Below are positions 37,963-46,808 of a stretch of DNA of 64,000 bases, in pieces. Under the pieces are notes generated by a model, which saw nothing but the letters and a program-made list of their open reading frames with translations, did not search any database and was not told where the DNA came from. The translations under genes and the position numbers were made by a program. The number at the start of each line of letters is the position of its first letter. The first letter of the stretch is position 1. The DNA is from Clostridiales bacterium (GTDB lineage Bacteria; Bacillota; Clostridia; Saccharofermentanales; DTU023), in the NCBI GenBank assembly GCA_004556925.1, contig SFFI01000010.1:8512-72511 (forward strand), read 5' to 3'.

Positions 37963-40843
37963 GGTGAGCGTTTCCTGTATAGGGATTTTCCCGGTTGAAT
38001 GCCTTGTTGTCACGCTTATAGGCTTTGCGCTTTTTCCGCATGGCTCGGGCTTCTGCACTTCCAGCATGGGCCAGAATCTTGAGACCGCGCTTGATGGTAT
38101 ACCGCATGATGGGTCCCACTTTTTCTTCACCGGCGATCATCTTGGTCATTTCAGGATGGTCGCGGTAAATATGGATGGCATCAAATTCGCAGCGGGTGGT
38201 GCAGAGACCGCAGCCGATGCACTTGTTTGCATCTACCTCAGCAGCCCCACAGCCCAGACAGCGGCCTGTTTCGATTTTGACTTGTTCTTCGGTCAGGGTC
38301 AGCTGGCGATCACGGAAGGGATCGGTCACTGACGCATCCTGGGGCTCTTCTTGGCGTCCGGCCGTATCGTAGGAGTTGGGTAAGCTAATATCATCCCTAT
38401 TGAAGGGCTTATAGTTATGCCGCTCCCTGCCGATAGTCATGTGGCCGTCCTGGACGTAGCGGTGTAAGGACTCGGCGACGAAGTGGCCTTGGGCGATGGC
38501 ATCAATGACAAATTTAGGTCCGGTGAAGTCATCACCGCCTACAAAGATATCAGGCTCGTCGGTCTGGAAGGTGAAGGAGTCTGCCATGGGGTATTTGCCG
38601 TGGTGGAATTTAACCTTGCTACCGTCCAGCAAGCCGTCCCAAATAATATCCTGACCAATGGCGAAAATGACGAAGTCTGCCTCTAGCTCTTTGAGGTCGT
38701 TTTCATCGTATTGGGGAGAGAAGCGGCCGCTTTCGGGGTCAAACACCTGGGTGCAGCGCTTGAGCTTAATGCCTTTAACCTGGTCCTGGTCGTCAACTAG
38801 CACTTCCAGGGGGCCCCAGCTATTCAAAATCTGGACATTCTCCGCCTTGGCCTCAGCAATTTCCGACTCGCTGGCTGGCATTTCTTCACGTTTTTCCAGG
38901 GAAATCATGGTGACTTCCGCAGCGCCGCGCTTGGCCGCAGTCATGGCGCAGTCAATCGCAACATTTCCGCCGCCGATGACGACAACCTTGCCTGTGAAAG
39001 GCTCATGGCCCTTGGTGAGAGCGTCTTGTAGATAGTGGACAGCGTAATCCGTGCCCTTGGCGGTTTCATTTGGAATGCCGGGTAGTTTGCCACCCTGGCA
39101 ACCCACAGCGACGTAGAAGGCTTGGTAGCCCTCATCCCGCAGCTGGTCCAGGGTCACATCGCGGCCCACCTGGCAGTTGGTCTTGATTTCTACACCTAGC
39201 TCACGGATGACGTCAATTTCTGCCTCAATGACATCTTTTTCCAGCTTATAAGAAGGAATGCCATAGGTCATCATGCCGCCTGGCTTGTCGTTCTTTTCGA
39301 AGACGACAGGTTTGTAGCCCAGGAGGGCTAGATAATAAGCGCAGGACAGCCCCGCAGGACCAGCACCAATAATGGCGATCTTTTCATCAAAACCCCCGTA
39401 GACCTTGGGTACAACCTTGGCGGGGATATAGCGATTTTCTGCCTTCAGTTCCAGATCTGAGACAAATTTTTTCACTGCATCAATAGAGATAGGCTCATCT
39501 ACAGTACCGCGGGTGCAAGCATCCTCACAAGGCTTATTACAGATCCTACCGCAAACAGCAGGGAAGGGGTTCTCCTTCTTGATTATCTCCAGGGCCTCAT
39601 CATATTTCCCTTCGTGGGCTTTCTTCAAATAGCCTTGAATGGAGATATGGGCGGGGCAAGCGGCCTTACAGGGGGCAGTACCACTTTCATAGGTATTAGT
39701 CAGGCGAGCAGTATCCCGGTAGTTTTCGTCCCAAGCATATTTGCCCCAGAAAATATTGTCGGGTAAGACAGCCTTGGGATAGTGTTGTTCTGAGCCATCC
39801 TTTTTACAGAGCTTTTGTCCCAGCTTCACAGCTCCGCAAGGACAGATTTCCGCGCACCCCCCGCAGGCGACACAGTTCTCTTTAGTCACTTTGGCAGTGT
39901 AGGCGCTCCTGACCATATTAGGTGTATTAAAGAGGAGGGCGGTTCTTAGGGCATAGCAAATCTTGACGTCGCAGTTGCAGATATCAAAGATCTTATTCTC
40001 GCCATCAATATTGGTGATCTCATGGACAAAGCCGTTGTCTTCTGCTTTCTTCATGATGCGGAGGGCTTCGTCTGCATCAATATAATGGGCGCGATCTGTT
40101 TCGACCGCGTAGTCTGCCATATCCCCGACCTGGATGCACCAGTTTTCCGAGTCGTCTGCACAGCCTTGGCCCAGCTTTTTCATGGTGGCCCGGCAGGAGC
40201 AGATCCCGCAAGAAATATGGCCTTCATATTTTTTTAGCCAATAGGAGATTTCTTCCAGGTCTACAGATTGATTTTCAAAACCGATGGCCTTTTCTACGGG
40301 GATGACGTGCATGCCAATGCCCGATCCTCCCGGAGGCACCATTTGGGTGACCCCTTGCAGGGGAATAAAGGTCATCCGTTCAAAAAAGTTGCCGGCCTCT
40401 GGGTGGCGGTCTACCCGGTCTTGACTAGAGTTAAAGAGTTCAGCAGCGCCAGGAACGAAGTAGGGAACCCGGTAACGCTTAATGCGAGGCTTGTCCTTGA
40501 GTTCGCCATAATGGTCGTAGTTGTCACCATAGTCGTACTCAATAATGCCGATGTAGGACATTTCGTCCAAGAGCTTTTGCAGTTCTGCTGCATCAAAGCG
40601 AGGATTCTTTTTCAAGAGTTCTTCAAAGGTATAGAAAGCCCGCAATTTCATGGTGTTGGCAATTTCCACCATATCGTCGGTGAGAAGTTCGCGCAGGCCC
40701 CAGTATTCGGGGTCTTCCGTAGTTAGACCCTTAATCTTATGGGGGAGACAGTCGGTAATTTTACGCCCCAGTTTGGCATAGGGCTTTTTGAGAACGGCTT
40801 CTCCCTGGTATTTTGATCGGTGTGTCTTAAATTGTTCAGGCAT
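37955..40843 (-). CDS. 962-aa multi-domain Fe-S flavoprotein (Cys-rich N-terminal region + ferredoxin motif + GltD/PreT/AegA/YgfK-like NAD(P)H-FAD module + C-terminal 2x[4Fe-4S])
   Basis: CVACGGCAEICPCG; CGRICNKPCEDACTRG; IAIIGAGPAGLSCAYYL; VVVIGGGNVAIDCA; CLGCG..CIGCGLCTTRC. Its ATG directly abuts the hypB stop. Confidence 0.75.
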   Translation of the reverse strand: MPEQFKTHRSKYQGEAVLKKPYAKLGRKITDCLPHKIKGLTTEDPEYWGLRELLTDDMVEIANTMKLRAFYTFEELLKKNPRFDAAELQKLLDEMSYIGIIEYDYGDNYDHYGELKDKPRIKRYRVPYFVPGAAELFNSSQDRVDRHPEAGNFFERMTFIPLQGVTQMVPPGGSGIGMHVIPVEKAIGFENQSVDLEEISYWLKKYEGHISCGICSCRATMKKLGQGCADDSENWCIQVGDMADYAVETDRAHYIDADEALRIMKKAEDNGFVHEITNIDGENKIFDICNCDVKICYALRTALLFNTPNMVRSAYTAKVTKENCVACGGCAEICPCGAVKLGQKLCKKDGSEQHYPKAVLPDNIFWGKYAWDENYRDTARLTNTYESGTAPCKAACPAHISIQGYLKKAHEGKYDEALEIIKKENPFPAVCGRICNKPCEDACTRGTVDEPISIDAVKKFVSDLELKAENRYIPAKVVPKVYGGFDEKIAIIGAGPAGLSCAYYLALLGYKPVVFEKNDKPGGMMTYGIPSYKLEKDVIEAEIDVIRELGVEIKTNCQVGRDVTLDQLRDEGYQAFYVAVGCQGGKLPGIPNETAKGTDYAVHYLQDALTKGHEPFTGKVVVIGGGNVAIDCAMTAAKRGAAEVTMISLEKREEMPASESEIAEAKAENVQILNSWGPLEVLVDDQDQVKGIKLKRCTQVFDPESGRFSPQYDENDLKELEADFVIFAIGQDIIWDGLLDGSKVKFHHGKYPMADSFTFQTDEPDIFVGGDDFTGPKFVIDAIAQGHFVAESLHRYVQDGHMTIGRERHNYKPFNRDDISLPNSYDTAGRQEEPQDASVTDPFRDRQLTLTEEQVKIETGRCLGCGAAEVDANKCIGCGLCTTRCEFDAIHIYRDHPEMTKMIAGEEKVGPIMRYTIKRGLKILAHAGSAEARAMRKKRKAYKRDNKAFNRENPYTGNAHHA

Positions 40844-41515
40844 TTATTTCCTCCAAGTCTCGATGGCTTGATCCAGCCAAGCGGCGGCCTTATCCATACC
40901 TTCGCCCGTAAGTGCGGAAACAGGGAAAATTTGGATCTTGGGATTGCGTTTTTGCAAATATTGGGTGAATTTCTCTAGATTAAAATCGAAGTAAGGGAGA
41001 ACGTCAATTTTATTGACCAAAACTACATCTGCCTTTTCAAACATTAAGGGATATTTGAGGGGCTTGTCATCTCCTTCGGGTACGGAGAGGATAACCAGGT
41101 TCTTGCTGGCACCCGTATCAAACTCTGCCGGGCAGACCAGATTGCCGACATTCTCTAAAATATAGAGGTCATAGAGATCTCCCCCCACTTCGTCCAAGCC
41201 TTGTTTTGTCATCCCTGCATCCAGGTGGCACATGCCGCCCGTATGCAGCTGGATGGTGCGGACCCCTGTCGCTTCGGCAATGGTCCGGGCATCTACATCA
41301 CTATCGATGTCAGCTTCCATGACTGCAATCTTATATTTATCTTGCAACTGAGGGATCAAACTCTTCAGGACGGTTGTTTTACCAGACCCGGGGCTAGACA
41401 TGACGTTAAGCAGGAAACTACCTTGCTTTTTGAGGCTTTCGCGTAACTCCTGGGCCTTTTGGTCATTGTCTGCATAAATGCTCTCTTTGACTTCAATTAT
41501 TCTAATTTCATCCAT
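40844..41515 (-). CDS. hypB: nickel-binding GTPase HypB
   Basis: SSPGSGKTT P-loop, TGGMCHLDA Cys-His metal site, ENVGNLVCPAEFD, NKID. There is no N-terminal His-rich or CxxCGC extension. Confidence 0.9.
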   Translation of the reverse strand: MDEIRIIEVKESIYADNDQKAQELRESLKKQGSFLLNVMSSPGSGKTTVLKSLIPQLQDKYKIAVMEADIDSDVDARTIAEATGVRTIQLHTGGMCHLDAGMTKQGLDEVGGDLYDLYILENVGNLVCPAEFDTGASKNLVILSVPEGDDKPLKYPLMFEKADVVLVNKIDVLPYFDFNLEKFTQYLQKRNPKIQIFPVSALTGEGMDKAAAWLDQAIETWRK

Positions 41516-41541
41516 GATGTCTTGATCTTTCTTTTATAAAT

Positions 41542-41569
41542 CCAGCTTCAGACCAGGGTCTGAAGCTGG
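41542..41569 (-). other. 11-bp-stem hairpin in the 98-nt spacer between the flavoprotein gene and hypB
   Basis: CCAGCTTCAGA-ccaggg-TCTGAAGCTGG with no clear U-tract (ATTTATAAAAG on the minus strand). It may be a partial terminator or an mRNA stabiliser. Confidence 0.4.
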
Positions 41570-41613
41570 TTCCCAAAGGGGATCTTGGCTATGGGATATT
41601 GGTTTCTGGGATC

Positions 41614-42993
41614 TTAGGCTGGGAAGAAGCGTCTCACCAGATCTCTAGAGTATTCTACGGTTTCTTCCATATCACCAAAGGCCATGACTTCACCAGCGTA
41701 GAAGGTGTTCTTTTCACCCTGCATGCCCTCTACTTTATCGTACCAGCCAGCGGCATAGTCCTCAGAGCTGACATGGGGGAAATAGTACCAGTCGTCAATC
41801 CGTTCGATCTTTTCGACGGGCAGGCCAGATTTTTCCATATCCTTGAGGGTTTTTTCCTTGGCCTCTTCAAAGGGGACATCCTCCATCCCAGCATGGTTGC
41901 GTAGGGTGAAGGTGACTAGGGGCTGAGGGCCGCAGTCAGGCCAGCGGTGGTAGAAAACCATCATGTGGCCGCGGGTCTCTGGTGTCATATTTTGGAAGTA
42001 ATAGTAGGAAATATCAGGGGCCTTGTCTTCTGCGGGACGGACCGCCATGGTGAAATACTTCTTGGGGGTAATCTTGGAGAAGAGCTCTGTTTCTTGGTCT
42101 GTGGGGTCACCGTAATTCAAGAAAAGCTCTAGGGGGGTGCAGATGATCAGCTTATCAAAGCGCTCGGTTTTCTGGCCGTTGATTGTGACCAATACGTGGT
42201 CTTCTTCCCGCTGAATGGCTGTAATTTCACTGTTAAGCTGGGCCGGATGTTTGAGGTGGGTATTGACCCCTTCCCAAATGGACTGGGTGCCGGTTTTCCA
42301 GGTCCAGAGTTTACCAGTAGACAGGAATTGACGGACCGTAAAGGCGTCCAAATATTTTAAAACATAGGCAGCCGGAATTTCGCTGAAGTAGCCATAACCA
42401 AAGGCGGTGAAGGGGCCCTTCCAAATGAGTTCTACATCTTCGCACTTGTTCAATTTCAAGAAGTCGGCGAAAGGCATAGACAGGTCTTTCAGATTGGGGT
42501 TCTCACCTTCAATATGGGCCAGTTTCATTTCGGGGGAAGGGCAGGGACCTTCATAACGCCCTTGGGCGACACCCCTGTGGCCATTGACATCATAACCGCG
42601 ATATTTGGTTTCTAGCAGCTTGCTGAGTTTACGAAGCTTCCATAATTTTTTTAACATCTCAGTGGGCTTAGTTTTAATCGGGGTACCGTCCGTATTCATG
42701 AATTTCCGCCCCATGGGAGGGCCATCCTTGTGGGTGGTGCCCCCAAATTCTTCGCATTCAGCTACGGCAAAATAGGTGTCGCAACCCATAACCGCACCCA
42801 TTTCAATGGTACGGTCCTCCCATTGGCCGTTTTGGTTTTTAACGGCCATCTTGGGGGAGGTGCACTTGCCGCCGACCCGGTCAGCCTTTTCATAAATGAC
42901 ATAATTGTCGTAGCCATTTTTCTCCAGATACATGGCTGCGGAAGTTCCGGCGGGGCCGCCACCGATAATGCAGATGCGTTGATTTTTGTCCAT
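41614..42993 (-). CDS. FAD-dependent oxidoreductase (amine oxidase / desaturase-like fold)
   Basis: ICIIGGGPAGTSAAMYL ... YEKADRVGGK dinucleotide-binding signature; 459 aa. AAAGGAG lies upstream of ATG 42993. Confidence 0.7.
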   Translation of the reverse strand: MDKNQRICIIGGGPAGTSAAMYLEKNGYDNYVIYEKADRVGGKCTSPKMAVKNQNGQWEDRTIEMGAVMGCDTYFAVAECEEFGGTTHKDGPPMGRKFMNTDGTPIKTKPTEMLKKLWKLRKLSKLLETKYRGYDVNGHRGVAQGRYEGPCPSPEMKLAHIEGENPNLKDLSMPFADFLKLNKCEDVELIWKGPFTAFGYGYFSEIPAAYVLKYLDAFTVRQFLSTGKLWTWKTGTQSIWEGVNTHLKHPAQLNSEITAIQREEDHVLVTINGQKTERFDKLIICTPLELFLNYGDPTDQETELFSKITPKKYFTMAVRPAEDKAPDISYYYFQNMTPETRGHMMVFYHRWPDCGPQPLVTFTLRNHAGMEDVPFEEAKEKTLKDMEKSGLPVEKIERIDDWYYFPHVSSEDYAAGWYDKVEGMQGEKNTFYAGEVMAFGDMEETVEYSRDLVRRFFPA

Positions 42994-43119
42994 AATAACG
43001 TCTCCTTTATGGCTTTTGTTTACTTATTTTTGTATTCACATTACTTATTGTTTAAATCTTGTTCGTTCCATATAGGCAAAAACAATCCTCTGTGATTTTT
43101 TATTAATTTACTATAACAC

Positions 43120-43150
43120 AAAATACAATACGTAACGTATATTTTATCGG
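43120..43150 (-). promoter_or_regulatory. candidate promoter (extended -10 TGtTATAGT) with a perfect 13-bp palindrome over the -35 region
   Basis: On the minus strand, TGTTATAGT spans 43128-43120. ATACGTAACGTAT at 43138-43150 sits in a 590-bp AT-rich divergent region. Confidence 0.35.
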
Positions 43151-43581
43151 ACGAATTTAACGATAGCGCTCTCTTGTTTTGCAGATTTTGAACTCGTTTT
43201 TTATATGATTGCTATTCTGGTGGTGTTGTTGCAACCATATTTGCGCATTTTCTAAAATTAAGTCAGCTTGCCAATTTACATGACTGCGCCTATGTGTTAG
43301 AGTCATTTTAATATGGGGCAGGAGTTGCTTATATTTATACGTTCGCTCGAGGTGGTTCCGCTCATTTTCATAATAGACATTCTAGCGTTACGGCTATTGC
43401 AACTCTTATACTTATCCTAATTAAAAATTATGATCTTTAGCTTATCTAGGTCAAGGTATCCTTGACAGCGCAACTCAAGCACAACTTGCTTCCTTAAGTT
43501 TGCCTCTTGCCTTATGCTGGCGGCAGCTAGTTCAGAAGGTTGAACAAACTGCTAAAATACAATCAAGTAGGGAGACTTAAG

Positions 43582-44577
43582 ATGCAATTCAACATGACAA
43601 AGATTGGCCAGAGAATCTCAGAACTCAGAAAAGCCAAGAATATGACGCAAATGCACCTGGCAGATCAAATGGGTATTAGTTACCAGGCTGTGAGCAATTG
43701 GGAGCGTGGAGAAACGATGCCGGACATTAGCAAACTCCCCGAACTCGCAACGATTTTTGACTGCAGCATCGACGATATCCTCGGCAACTCAAGGGCTAGT
43801 GAAGTAGTGGAGTATGTGACTACGGGAAATGCGCCAGCGGATGCTCTCAGCGGCGGAGAAATTGTGGATCTGGCGCCCCTCTTAGCACCTCAGACCACAG
43901 AGCGTCTCGTCGCACAAAGTGGCCAGGGTAGAGAAGTGGCTGCTTTTGATATCCAGGATTTGGTGGAACTCTCACCTTTCGTCGAAAGCCGCTTTCTAGG
44001 TGAGCAACTCTTAAAATTTCCACTTGAGAAAGTAACCTCGGATATATTAGCCCAAGCTGCACCCTTTCTTCATAAGGAACATATAGATCTTCTTGTGGAC
44101 CGTTTGCTTGCTTCTAACCAGGCAATGTGTTTGGACCAACTTTCTACATTAGCCCCTTTTATAGGGCGCGAAAAACTGAATCAGCTAGTGGATAGATTTG
44201 TAGAATCAGGCCAGGAAGTAGACTTGGAATATCTGTGTTCTTTGGCGCCCTTTGTCAGCCAGACAAAGCTTGACCAGCTTGTAGAAAAGTTTATTGCTTC
44301 TGACCAAGAAGTACACTTGGAATTTTTACCGTCACTTGCCCCCTTTGTGAGTCAAGCAAAGTTAAACCAACTTTTTAACCAAGCCATGGCTGCTGAAAAG
44401 ATGAATGAGGACATACTGGTGAGCCTAGCTCCTTTCATAAGCCAGAATATCCTGGAACAAAGCATACTTGACCATCTTGACTCCCTTAAATCTAAAAGAA
44501 TACTGGTGAGTTTGGCGCCTTTTATAGATCCCAAAGTTTTACAATTCCTGCTTACCCATGGATCAAACGAGGCCTAG
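43582..44577 (+). CDS. XRE-family HTH regulator with about eight ~30-aa LAPF repeats
   Basis: The HTH is IGQRISELRKAKNMTQMHLADQMGISYQAVSNWERG. Repeats run LAPF(V/I)SQxKLxQLVxxF.... ATG 43582 follows GGGAGA. Confidence 0.75.
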   Translation: MQFNMTKIGQRISELRKAKNMTQMHLADQMGISYQAVSNWERGETMPDISKLPELATIFDCSIDDILGNSRASEVVEYVTTGNAPADALSGGEIVDLAPLLAPQTTERLVAQSGQGREVAAFDIQDLVELSPFVESRFLGEQLLKFPLEKVTSDILAQAAPFLHKEHIDLLVDRLLASNQAMCLDQLSTLAPFIGREKLNQLVDRFVESGQEVDLEYLCSLAPFVSQTKLDQLVEKFIASDQEVHLEFLPSLAPFVSQAKLNQLFNQAMAAEKMNEDILVSLAPFISQNILEQSILDHLDSLKSKRILVSLAPFIDPKVLQFLLTHGSNEA

Positions 44578-44633
44578 GAGATTCACACAAGTTAGCAAAT
44601 AATGGAATGTTACGTCTGGCTGAGTTTTGGGCT

Positions 44634-44818
44634 GTATTTCGGTTTTTCTAGAATCTGGACAAATTCGCAAGTAATGGATGGGTGCTTTCTTAAAAATAGA
44701 GTCGAAACCACCCATTACTTGCAGTCTTGCCCGAATTCCCATCCACTAGTTGCAAATTTGACCACTGGCCCACCCAAAACCTGCAACAATGTCCGAAAAT
44801 CAGGAAATCCAAAGTAGG
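44634..44818 (+). repeat. dispersed ~180-bp intergenic element, copy A
   Basis: About 75% identical over its length to 55487-55659. It contains three ~31-bp sub-repeats (CCCACCCATTAgTTG...) and the inverted pair GCAAGTAATGG / CCATTACTTGC. Confidence 0.8.
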
Positions 44819-44844
44819 AGTGGTCTCGTTATGGTTGCCATGTA

Positions 44845-46791
44845 CTACCTGCAAGCCGACACAATATCGGTCCAGCCATAGCAGCCGGCTAGTCCGCCTG
44901 GACGTTGGAGGTAGGGGAGGGCTGGCTCCTTGAGTTCTGGGAGACTTTCATCTGCTTGGTTGTAGGCCCAGGCGAGGACGCGGCTGTGGGCTGTTTCTAG
45001 GCGGGCGCGGAGGGCCCCCATGCGGCCGTCGATAATCTCAAAACCATAGGGCTTATTGATCTCTTGCCAGAGGGTCCGCCAGCTGACCCTCAGGGATTCT
45101 ACTTGTTGGATAGTTTCTAACAAACCTTCGGCCAGAGCCTTAGCCTGCTCTTTGTCTTCTTGAGTCACGGCTTCTTTAATGTTTTCATGCCAGGAGCATT
45201 TACTAGCCAGTACACGGGCTAGTTTGGCGTAAAAATCCATCACAAGGGCATAGCGCTTGTCTGCTTCAGCATGGGGTGCATGGGTTAGATGGGACATATT
45301 CTTTTCAGTAGAGTCACTGTCCTTATATAGAGAGCAGGCTTCTGCGGCATAGGCAGCATATTCGGTAGCCAATGCCTCATAATGGCGGGTCATGGCCAGG
45401 CCTTGGGTATCTTGGGCAAAAAGCTGGACTAGGGGATCCTGATAAAGAAGAAATTTAGCGGCGTTAACCGGCATGCGCAAGGGGGACTCCATGCCAGGTA
45501 CACGGTTAAATCTGGACAGGCCCCAAAAAGGATGAATATCCATCCCGCAGCAGGTTTGAAAACGCTGGGCTAGCCAGTCCGGGTCATAGCTGCCGGTATA
45601 GGCAAATTCTGCATAGACTTGCATACCTGGCAAGGCAGTGAGAAGGTTGGTCTCTGCCCCGTCATCGCCCCATGCGGTGGCCAGGACAAAGGGCACACCG
45701 GCCTTTTGACAGGCGGTGAGAGCTGGTATGGTAGTGGCCAGGGTTTTTTCATAATCCGGAGCGGGACCGGCCCAGGTCCAGATTCCACCTGCAAAGAGAG
45801 GCTTGGGGGTCAGCCGTTGATGCTTGTCCAGCATAGCCGCATAGTCGCTCTCCTTGTGATGGTAATAATCCCAATAAACCAGGTCGACGCCAGGGACTAG
45901 GCCTGCAGTCTCGGGCTGGGGGTCGCCGTCGTAATAGCCATTGGTGGGGGAGCTGAGGCGGAAATACATATCGCTCCACATCATGGGCTTCAGGCCAAGA
46001 TCATCTGTGATCTCCTTTACCCGGAGGAGGTGGCGCCGCATGATAGCGTGGGGGTCTTCGTAGCCATGGGTGGCTAGGTGAGTCCCCAGGCCAATGCCGT
46101 CTGCCTCATCCATGCCGATATGAATTCGCCGGCTCCGGAAGGGGGCGCTAGCGGCCTGGACCATCCGACGCAAAAGCGCGTAGCTTTCTTCGCTGTCGGT
46201 CAGGATGACCTCGTCATTATCTGCATAAGGGGCCATGGCAGGCCAATGCAGGACCCGGTTTAAATGTCCTAAAGTCTGGATGCAGGGGATCAGCTCGATG
46301 CCCAAAAGGGCAGCGTAACCATCCAGTTCGCCAAGTTCTTCCTGGGAATACCGGCCTCGCATATAGCCGATATAGGGCTCGTCGGGTACTTCGTAGGTGT
46401 CTTCTGTATAAAGCATGCCTACATCAAAACCCATGAGGGCCATGCAACGGAAAAAGTAACGTAGACTGTCGGGTCGCAAACAGGCATTACGGGAGACATC
46501 GAACATCATGCCTATTTCAAAGCAGGGCTCCTCTTCGCGGTGGTAGTCCTCGAGGTCCCAGGCCTCTCGAAGGAGGGAGAGGGCGCGATAGAGCTGGACC
46601 GGTTGATGCCAGCCCAAGCGGATATGCTGGCCCTGTTTCTCTACAAGAACCCCTTTTGCTCGACAAACTTCCACTGGCACTCCTTCAGAAGCAGACACAA
46701 AGCCCAGGAGGGGGCCTAATTCGGCCATGGCTTCTTCAAATTGTGCTGGTAGCTCGCCGTTGAACACCAAATAGTCGATTTCTTGCTTCAT
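44845..46791 (-). CDS. family 20 glycoside hydrolase (beta-N-acetylhexosaminidase), cytoplasmic
   Basis: MFDVSRN block, HIGMDEA catalytic Asp-Glu context, no signal peptide. ATG 46791 follows GGAGAGG. Confidence 0.75.
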   Translation of the reverse strand: MKQEIDYLVFNGELPAQFEEAMAELGPLLGFVSASEGVPVEVCRAKGVLVEKQGQHIRLGWHQPVQLYRALSLLREAWDLEDYHREEEPCFEIGMMFDVSRNACLRPDSLRYFFRCMALMGFDVGMLYTEDTYEVPDEPYIGYMRGRYSQEELGELDGYAALLGIELIPCIQTLGHLNRVLHWPAMAPYADNDEVILTDSEESYALLRRMVQAASAPFRSRRIHIGMDEADGIGLGTHLATHGYEDPHAIMRRHLLRVKEITDDLGLKPMMWSDMYFRLSSPTNGYYDGDPQPETAGLVPGVDLVYWDYYHHKESDYAAMLDKHQRLTPKPLFAGGIWTWAGPAPDYEKTLATTIPALTACQKAGVPFVLATAWGDDGAETNLLTALPGMQVYAEFAYTGSYDPDWLAQRFQTCCGMDIHPFWGLSRFNRVPGMESPLRMPVNAAKFLLYQDPLVQLFAQDTQGLAMTRHYEALATEYAAYAAEACSLYKDSDSTEKNMSHLTHAPHAEADKRYALVMDFYAKLARVLASKCSWHENIKEAVTQEDKEQAKALAEGLLETIQQVESLRVSWRTLWQEINKPYGFEIIDGRMGALRARLETAHSRVLAWAYNQADESLPELKEPALPYLQRPGGLAGCYGWTDIVSACR

Positions 46792-46808
46792 AGGTATAGC
46801 CTCTCCGG

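Noticed and set aside
37962-38130. N-terminal extensions of listed ORFs (hypA to 38130, phosphatase to 1117, COG2509 protein to 61247, GNAT to 57934, udk to 32338, OppB to 26765).
   Set aside because: The extensions overlap upstream genes or lack ribosome-binding sites. In each case an internal ATG with a GGAGG-type site reproduces the canonical family N-terminus.
37955-40843. The possibility that the 962-aa ORF is itself a [NiFe]-hydrogenase large subunit or a CODH.
   Set aside because: No N-terminal RxCGxC or C-terminal DPCxxC(H/R) motifs are present, and no CODH C-cluster pattern. The recognisable parts are GltD-type and ferredoxin-type. The unusual association with hypAB therefore stands, but the protein is not a known Ni-enzyme.
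43215-43265. A 16-codon hydrophobic ORF (MIAILVVLLQPYLRIF) in the AT-rich region upstream of the LAPF regulator.
   Set aside because: There is no Shine-Dalgarno sequence, the adjacent regulator is not of the RNPP/TPR type, and short ORFs are expected by chance in 590 bp. It is kept only as a note.
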